Below the pieces are notes generated by a model, which saw only the letters and a list, made by a program, of their open reading frames with translations, was not told the DNA's origin and did not search any database. DNA of 64,000 nucleotides from assembly GCA_965213625.1 (NCBI GenBank), contig CBDBZU010000004.1, positions 2,432,001-2,496,000 on the forward strand, written 5' to 3'. The position numbers and the translations under genes are program-made. Below are positions 58,094-64,000 of the stretch, piece after piece (the first letter of the stretch is position 1; each line of letters begins with the position of its first letter). Source of the stretch: a bacterium (GTDB taxonomy: Bacteria; UBA8248).

Positions 58094-59260
58094 CTATAAA
58101 CTTAATAAATTCTGGGCGATGACCATGCGCTGAATCTGGTTGGTGCCCTCGATGATCTGCAACTGCTTCGCGTCTCTCATGAACCGCTCGAGCGGATGGT
58201 CTTTCATGTAGCCCGCGCCGCCGAGCACCTGTATGCCGTCCACTGCGGCCTTCATGGCGGCGTCGGTGGCGTAGCATTTCGCGGCGCAGATAAAATGCAC
58301 GTCTTCTTTCCGGTAGCGGCCATTATCCACCATCGAGGCTGCGCGGTAAACGAGCATGCGGGCCGCTTCTGTTTCCATGAACATGTCGGCGAGCATGAAC
58401 TGTACGGCCTGATGCTGCGCGATGGGTTTTCCGAATGCCTCGCGCTCCTTGGCGTAATTCGAGGCGTAATCCAGGCACCCCTGCGCCAGACCCACGCCCC
58501 GCGCGCCGATGGCGGGCCGAGCCTGGTTGAAGCCGAGCATGGCGGTCTTGAAGCCAAGGCCTGGCTCGCCGATCATATTCTCAAGGGGTACGCGCGCATC
58601 TTCGAGAAATACTTCACAGGTCGGGATGCCGCGCATCCCCATCTTCCGCTCATGGCGCCCCACCCGGAATTCACCCCTGGGGACGATGAAGAAAGAGATG
58701 CCCTTCGCCCCTTTGCCGGGTTCGGTCTTCGCTGCCACGGTGATGAAATCGGCCACGCTCGAGCCCGTGCAGAAGCACTTCTGGCCGTTGATCACCCACG
58801 TATCCCCGTCGCGTACGGCGCGCGTAGAAATGTTCGCCGCATCCGAGCCCGCATGCGGCTCGGTGAGCGCGAAGGCGGGACGCAACTCGCCCCGCGCGAC
58901 GCCAGCAAGATAGCGGTTTTTCTGCTCCTCGCTTCCGCCGATGGCGATGGGCCGCGTGGCGAGCAGGTGGACGGAGAAGAAGAGGGGAGAGTTCGAGCAA
59001 AACCGCGCCATCTGCTCGATAGCGATGCATGTTTCCAGGATACCGAGACCCGCCCCGCCATAGGCTTCGGGAACGTAGAGGCCGAGCAGGTCTTGGGATT
59101 TCAAGAGTTGAAAGACGTCTTCGGGGTATTCGTCGTTCTCGTCGATTGCAGCGGCGCGCGGCGCGATGTGGCGGCGGCTCAGTTCGTATACCGTCTCGGC
59201 CAGCATCCGCTGCGCCGGAGTGAGTTCAAACGCGCCTGTGGAATCCGGTATTCCCGTCAC
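58094..59260 (-). CDS. Acyl-CoA dehydrogenase (short-chain type)
   Basis: LTEPHAGSD, NGQKCF, KMGMRG, REAFGKPI, GGAGY, catalytic Glu in IIEGTNQIQR. Confidence 0.93.
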   Translation of the reverse strand: MTGIPDSTGAFELTPAQRMLAETVYELSRRHIAPRAAAIDENDEYPEDVFQLLKSQDLLGLYVPEAYGGAGLGILETCIAIEQMARFCSNSPLFFSVHLLATRPIAIGGSEEQKNRYLAGVARGELRPAFALTEPHAGSDAANISTRAVRDGDTWVINGQKCFCTGSSVADFITVAAKTEPGKGAKGISFFIVPRGEFRVGRHERKMGMRGIPTCEVFLEDARVPLENMIGEPGLGFKTAMLGFNQARPAIGARGVGLAQGCLDYASNYAKEREAFGKPIAQHQAVQFMLADMFMETEAARMLVYRAASMVDNGRYRKEDVHFICAAKCYATDAAMKAAVDGIQVLGGAGYMKDHPLERFMRDAKQLQIIEGTNQIQRMVIAQNLLSL

Positions 59261-59273
59261 GCTCGGCTTGCTC

Positions 59274-60446
59274 CTAGAGGCCGAGCAGGTTCCGGGCGAT
59301 GATCATCCGCTGAATCTGGCTCGTTCCCTCGACGATCTGGATCTGCTTGGCGTCGCGCATGAAGCGCTCGAGCGGGTGGTCCTTCATGTAGCCCGCCCCG
59401 CCGAGCACCTGGATGCCGTCTATCGCGCACTTCATGGCCATATCGGCCGCATAGGTCTTTGCCGTCGAGAAATACCTGGCGTTCTCCTTGCCGATTTGGC
59501 CCGCGTCCACCATGGCGGCCGCGCGGTAGACGAGCAGCCGAGCCGCCTCGATATCCATGAACATGTCGGCGAGCATGAACTGCACGGCCTGGTGCTGGGC
59601 GATGGGTTTACCGAACGCCTCGCGCTCCTTGGCGTAGTTAGCTGCGTAGTCGAGACAGCCCTGGGCCAGACCCACCGCGCGCGAGCCGATGGCGGGCCGC
59701 ATCTGGTTGAAGCCGACCATCGCGGTCTTGAAGCCCTGGTTCAGATCGCCCACCTGGTTTTCAAGCGGGACGGCCACGTTGTCGAGATTGAGCATGCAGG
59801 TCGAGATGCCGCGCATCCCCATCTTGCGCTCGTGCTTGGCGATGCTGAAGCCCGGCGTGTCGGTGGGGACGATGTAGTAGGTGATGCCGCGCGTGCCGGC
59901 GTGGGGGTCGGTCTTGGCGGCGACGGTGATGAAGTCCGCCTTGTCGGGCCCCGTGCAGAAGCACTTCGTTCCGTTGATGACCCACTCGTCGCCCTCCTTG
60001 ACGGCGCGCGTGCGGATGTTGCCCGCATCCGAGCCCGCGTGGGGTTCGGTGAGCGCGTAGGAGCCTCTGAGTTCTCCCTTCGCGAGGCCCGTCATGTAGT
60101 GGTTTTTCTGCTCCTGCGTGCCGCTCAGGTCGATCACGCGGCTCGAGAGCATGTTGAGCACGATGAATAGCGGGGAGTTCGAGCAGACGCGCGCTATTTC
60201 CTCGATGGCGACGCAACCGCCCAGAAAGCCCATGCCGCCGCCCCCGTATTCCTCGGGGAAGAAGATGCCGAGCAGGCCGTGTTCTTTCTGGAGCTGGAAG
60301 ATGTCTTCGGGGTATTCCTCGTTCTCGTCGATGTCGGCGGCCCGAGGGGCGATGTAGCGCTCCGAGAGTTCGCGGACCGTCTGGCGAAGCATCTTCTGCG
60401 TTTCATCGAGGTCGAATTGCAGCGTGGATTCCGTTTGCAGGCTCAT
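59274..60446 (-). CDS. Acyl-CoA dehydrogenase (short-chain type), tandem paralog
   Basis: LTEPHAGSD, NGTKCF, KMGMRG, IVEGTSQIQR. Confidence 0.93.
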   Translation of the reverse strand: MSLQTESTLQFDLDETQKMLRQTVRELSERYIAPRAADIDENEEYPEDIFQLQKEHGLLGIFFPEEYGGGGMGFLGGCVAIEEIARVCSNSPLFIVLNMLSSRVIDLSGTQEQKNHYMTGLAKGELRGSYALTEPHAGSDAGNIRTRAVKEGDEWVINGTKCFCTGPDKADFITVAAKTDPHAGTRGITYYIVPTDTPGFSIAKHERKMGMRGISTCMLNLDNVAVPLENQVGDLNQGFKTAMVGFNQMRPAIGSRAVGLAQGCLDYAANYAKEREAFGKPIAQHQAVQFMLADMFMDIEAARLLVYRAAAMVDAGQIGKENARYFSTAKTYAADMAMKCAIDGIQVLGGAGYMKDHPLERFMRDAKQIQIVEGTSQIQRMIIARNLLGL

Positions 60447-60627
60447 TTCATGGCTCCAGCGGTTTGATAATTTTGAGAAAGCGCTAGGGTTTATGCTTTC
60501 ATATTCCACCCCGCAGCGATTGCGTGTCAACGCTTCGAGGGGAATAATGCCGCAAACGCGCTATTGTACTGACCGGCGCGCGTCCCGGTTGCAGCCCGCG
60601 CCTCGTTTCACCCAAGGAGTTATGCGC

Positions 60628-61794
60628 ATGGACATCGTCATTCGCGGTGGATACGTGATCGATCCTTCGCAGGACCTGGAGGGAACGATGGACGTCGAGG
60701 TCGCGCGCGGCCGCGTGAGGCGGGTGGCTCCCCACATCGAGCCTGAGGGCAGGCAGACACTGAACGCGCGGGGAAAAATCGTCACTCCCGGCCTGGTCGA
60801 CCTCCATTGCCATTTCTATGAGGGCGTTACGCATTACGGCGTGAATCTGGATGCGGCCATGCTATCACGTGGCGTGACGACGGCGGTTGATACGGGCAGC
60901 GCGGGCGCGCAGACGTACCCGAGTTTTCAGGAATGGTTCCTGGAGAAGGCGCGCCCGACGGTGCGCGCGTACTTGAACATCTCGGAAGGCGGGCTCCTGA
61001 TAGACGGCCTCGGAGAGAACATCGACATGCGTGCGCTGCGTGTTGACAGGGCGGTGGCGTGCTACCAGAAGAACCGGAAATACCTCATCGGCATGAAGGT
61101 GCGTCTGAGTGATAATGTGGTGGAGCGAAGCGGCTCGAAACCCCTGGACGCGGCACTCGAGGCGGCGGAATATCTGAAAGTCCCGCTCATGGTCCACGTG
61201 GGCAACACGCCCTCATCTTTGCCGAGCATCCTGAAGCGCCTCCGCCCCGGCGACGTCCTCACGCACGCGTTTCACGGCAGGCGGGAGAACATACTCGACA
61301 AAAGCGGTCGGGTGCGCCGTGCGGTGTGGGAGGCGAGGGATTCGGGCGTGCTGCTTGACGTGGCGCACGGGCGCTTGAGCTTCAGTTTCGAGATTATGGA
61401 GCGCGCCATGGCGCAGGGACTGATGCCGGGCAACCTGAGCACCGACCTCCATACGCACTGCATCAATGGGCCGGTATATGATTTCCCGAGCCTCATGAGC
61501 AAGTTTCTGGCCCTGGGTTTTCCTCTTAAGGAAGTTGTTCGCCTCAGCACGCAGACGGCGGCGGAGTGGATTGGCCTTAAAGGCAAGGTGGGTACGCTCA
61601 AAAAAGGCGCAAGGGGCGACGTCGCCGTGTTCCGGATGAAGGAGGGCCGGTTCTTTTTCGAGGACTCCATGGGCGCGCGGCGGAAGGGAGACCGGATGCT
61701 CGAGGCGACGCACGTGGTCCTGGGAGGCAGGCTGCTCAGGCCGTCCGGGAGAGAGCGGCGAAGGCTCACCGAGGTGGCGGGGAAATCGAAATAA
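60628..61794 (+). CDS. Amidohydrolase/deacetylase family metallohydrolase (dihydroorotase-like)
   Basis: PGLVDLHCH, GVTTAVDTGSAG, GMKVR, MVH, LTH..HG, DVAHG..SFSF, STDLH. Confidence 0.88.
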   Translation: MDIVIRGGYVIDPSQDLEGTMDVEVARGRVRRVAPHIEPEGRQTLNARGKIVTPGLVDLHCHFYEGVTHYGVNLDAAMLSRGVTTAVDTGSAGAQTYPSFQEWFLEKARPTVRAYLNISEGGLLIDGLGENIDMRALRVDRAVACYQKNRKYLIGMKVRLSDNVVERSGSKPLDAALEAAEYLKVPLMVHVGNTPSSLPSILKRLRPGDVLTHAFHGRRENILDKSGRVRRAVWEARDSGVLLDVAHGRLSFSFEIMERAMAQGLMPGNLSTDLHTHCINGPVYDFPSLMSKFLALGFPLKEVVRLSTQTAAEWIGLKGKVGTLKKGARGDVAVFRMKEGRFFFEDSMGARRKGDRMLEATHVVLGGRLLRPSGRERRRLTEVAGKSK

Positions 61795-61818
61795 TCTGTA
61801 AATTTCCGGTGCAGGGGG

Positions 61819-61847
61819 TTGACTACCTGCTTTAGCAGGACTATTTT
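61819..61847 (+). promoter_or_regulatory. Sigma70 promoter for the aroF leader
   Basis: TTGACT-17 nt-TATTTT; the spacer contains the palindrome CCTGCT-TT-AGCAGG. Confidence 0.55.
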
Positions 61848-61900
61848 ACGGCCTTGTTTTTCAGAGAATTATCATGTTTTAAATTTCAAAGGCGGTCATC

Positions 61901-61978
61901 ATGCGGACGATGAATAGATCTTATGGCGGGTATTGCTTTTTCGGCTTTATCACCGTCCGTCTGCGCGCCGATATGTAA
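61901..61978 (+). CDS. Tyr/Phe-rich attenuation leader peptide (MRTMNRSYGGYCFFGFITVRLRADM)
   Basis: 25-codon ORF with a Y-G-G-Y-C-F-F-G-F cluster, directly upstream of the terminator and aroF. Confidence 0.75.
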   Translation: MRTMNRSYGGYCFFGFITVRLRADM

Positions 61979-62032
61979 TAACGAACGGCGGGCGGGTGGA
62001 CAGCCCGGTCGCCACGGACAATAGAGAAACAT

Positions 62033-62066
62033 TCGCCGTGGGACAGACTCACGGCGATTTTTTTTT
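62033..62066 (+). terminator. Attenuator terminator upstream of aroF
   Basis: tcgccgtggg-acaga-ctcacggcga stem followed by nine T's, about 45 nt before the aroF start. Confidence 0.85.
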
Positions 62067-62110
62067 AGAAACACGCTAAAAAACTTCGAGAGAGAAAAAG
62101 GAGATTCGTT

Positions 62111-63130
62111 TTGATTATCGTGATGAAGCAGGGCGCAACGGATGATGAGATTGGGAACGCCATCAACAGGATTAACGAACTCGGCTACAAGGAACACGTC
62201 ATCAAGGGTGTGGAGCGTACGGTGATCGGGGCCATCGGGGATGAACGGGGGAAATACATGCTGGAATCACTCGTTTCTTTAAATGGAGTGGAAAGCGCGA
62301 TGCCCATTCTCAAGCCCTTCAAACTGGCGAGCGCGGAGGGAAGGCCCGAGCGCAGTCAGTTGCCCATGGGCGAGGGGGTGGAAATCGGCGGTGAGAAAAT
62401 CATCATCGTCGGCGGGCCGTGCTCCGTGGAGAGCAGGGAGCAGATTTTGCAATCCGCCGAAATGGTGAAGGCGGGTGGAGGTCACGTGCTAAGAGGCGGC
62501 GCGTATAAGCCGCGCACATCGCCGTACAGCTTCCAGGGCATGGCGGAAGACGGCCTCAAACTCCTTGCCGAGGCGCGCGAGAATACAGGACTCCCCATCC
62601 AGACGGAGGTCATGGACTCAGAAGACATCGATGTGTGCTGCGAGTATGCCGACGTGCTCCAAATCGGCGCGCGCAACGTGCAGAACTTCTCGTTGCTGAA
62701 AAAAGTCGGCAAGACGAAAAAGACCATTTTCTTAAAGCGCGGTATGTCCACGACGATAGAAGAGTTCCTGATGTCGGCCGAATACATCATGAGCCAGGGA
62801 AATCCGAACGTCGTGCTGTGCGAGAGGGGGATACGCACCTTCGAGACGGCCACGCGCAACACGCTGGACATCAGCGCCGTGCCCGTCCTCAGGGAGCAGA
62901 CGCATCTGCCGATCGTGGTGGACCCGAGCCACGCGGCGGGCGCATGGCGGTACGTCGGACCCCTGGCGAAGGCGTCCGTGGCGGTCGGTGCGGACGGCCT
63001 GATGCTCGAGATGCACCCCGAACCCGAAAAGGCGATGAGCGACGGACCGCAGTCGCTCAAACCAGGGAAGTTCGCTGCCCTGGTCGAGGAACTCAAGGTG
63101 TTCGCAGAGGCCGCCGGCAGAACGATATAG
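62111..63130 (+). CDS. aroF: DAHP synthase, type I-beta with N-terminal regulatory domain
   Basis: [55 protein letters not shown]; N-terminal MIIVMK...G.ERT.IG.IGD. Confidence 0.95.
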   Translation: MIIVMKQGATDDEIGNAINRINELGYKEHVIKGVERTVIGAIGDERGKYMLESLVSLNGVESAMPILKPFKLASAEGRPERSQLPMGEGVEIGGEKIIIVGGPCSVESREQILQSAEMVKAGGGHVLRGGAYKPRTSPYSFQGMAEDGLKLLAEARENTGLPIQTEVMDSEDIDVCCEYADVLQIGARNVQNFSLLKKVGKTKKTIFLKRGMSTTIEEFLMSAEYIMSQGNPNVVLCERGIRTFETATRNTLDISAVPVLREQTHLPIVVDPSHAAGAWRYVGPLAKASVAVGADGLMLEMHPEPEKAMSDGPQSLKPGKFAALVEELKVFAEAAGRTI

Positions 63131-63131
63131 C

Positions 63132-64000
63132 ATGTCCGTTCTATTCGTGTTCGTAGACGGCCTGGGAATCGCTCAGCCGGCGCCGGGCAATCCGCTCTCA
63201 CGCGTAAAGGAGCCTCCTCTGGGGCTTTTATGCGGGAACGAGGCGCCCGGTTTCCGCCTCATCGAGGCTGACGCCTGCCTCGGCGTCGAGGGCATCCCCC
63301 AGAGCGCGACCGGCGGAACAGCCTTATTTACGGGCGTGAATGCTCCCAAGGCGGTGGGGAGGCACGTTCAGGCCCTTCCGAATACGCAGTTGCGCCGCAT
63401 CATCGCTCGAAACGGACTTTTCAGGCGCGCCCGAGAGAGCGGCGCCGCCGTCGGGTTCGCCAACACGTATACTCCTCGTTTTTTCATACGCGGCAGAAAC
63501 CGCATACGCTCGGTGACCACGGTGATGGCCGAGAGCGCGGGCCTACGCCTGAAACGTCTGGAGGACCTCGTCGCGGGCAGGGCCGTTTATCGCGACTACA
63601 CGAATGGGCTCATCGTCGAGCAGGGTCATGACGTGGCGCGTCTCAGCGCCGAAGAGGCGGGCGCCCGCTTGGGAGAATTGGCGAAGACAAAGGATTTGCT
63701 GCTCTACGAGTTTTTTCAGACCGATCACGTCGGACATCGCGGAACCGCCGAGGACGCTTTTGAGGTTCTGGCGAATTTGAACCGATTCCTGAGGGCCGCG
63801 CTCGCACGTATCGACCCGGCTGTGGATACGTTCGTTCTCAGCAGCGATCACGGCAACGTGGAGGATATGGAAACGTCAGCGCATACGACGAACCCCGTTC
63901 CCATTTTGCTCTACGGAAAAGGCGGAAACACCTTTCTCGCAAACACAGCGAATCCGAGCATCTGCGACGTAACGCCTATGATTCTATCCATTGTTTCGTA
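63132..64000 (+). CDS. Alkaline phosphatase superfamily metalloenzyme (phosphoglycerate mutase/phosphopentomutase-like), runs to the window end
   Basis: Absent from the ORF track because no stop lies in the window; VFVDGLG, DACLGVEGIPQSATG, YEFFQTDHVGH and SDHGNVED..HTTNPVP are in one frame. Confidence 0.85.
   Translation, partial: MSVLFVFVDGLGIAQPAPGNPLSRVKEPPLGLLCGNEAPGFRLIEADACLGVEGIPQSATGGTALFTGVNAPKAVGRHVQALPNTQLRRIIARNGLFRRARESGAAVGFANTYTPRFFIRGRNRIRSVTTVMAESAGLRLKRLEDLVAGRAVYRDYTNGLIVEQGHDVARLSAEEAGARLGELAKTKDLLLYEFFQTDHVGHRGTAEDAFEVLANLNRFLRAALARIDPAVDTFVLSSDHGNVEDMETSAHTTNPVPILLYGKGGNTFLANTANPSICDVTPMILSIVS

Noticed and set aside
1-64000. CRISPR array or rRNA
   Set aside because: No regularly spaced repeat-spacer units and no rRNA-like sequence were seen.

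Overview
GC-rich bacterial chromosome segment of about 66 genes, mostly catabolic and transport functions. These include peptide-, branched-chain- and iron-type ABC systems, acyl-CoA enzymes, a form-II CoxSLM molybdenum hydroxylase, pyrR, cca, pdxA, comF and aroF. A tRNA-Leu(TAA) is followed by a small accessory islet containing an XRE regulator plus an uncharacterised protein between 55-bp direct repeats, a FitAB-like toxin-antitoxin pair, a secreted ankyrin protein and REP elements. The most notable region is a selenium-themed neighbourhood at about 49.3-60.4 kb. (i) A tightly coupled ridA-like/yqeB/CbbQ-NorQ-type AAA+ ATPase/VWA/yqeC/xdhC operon places an AAA+-VWA chaperone pair between the two markers of labile-selenium molybdenum hydroxylase maturation. 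(ii) A UGSC-family selenoprotein, split in two by the ORF track, has an in-frame TGA and a SECIS-like hairpin 11 nt downstream and lies behind two acyl-CoA dehydrogenases. Separately, an unannotated Tyr/Phe-rich leader peptide with full attenuator architecture precedes aroF. All product calls come from motif recognition by eye; no database searches were run.
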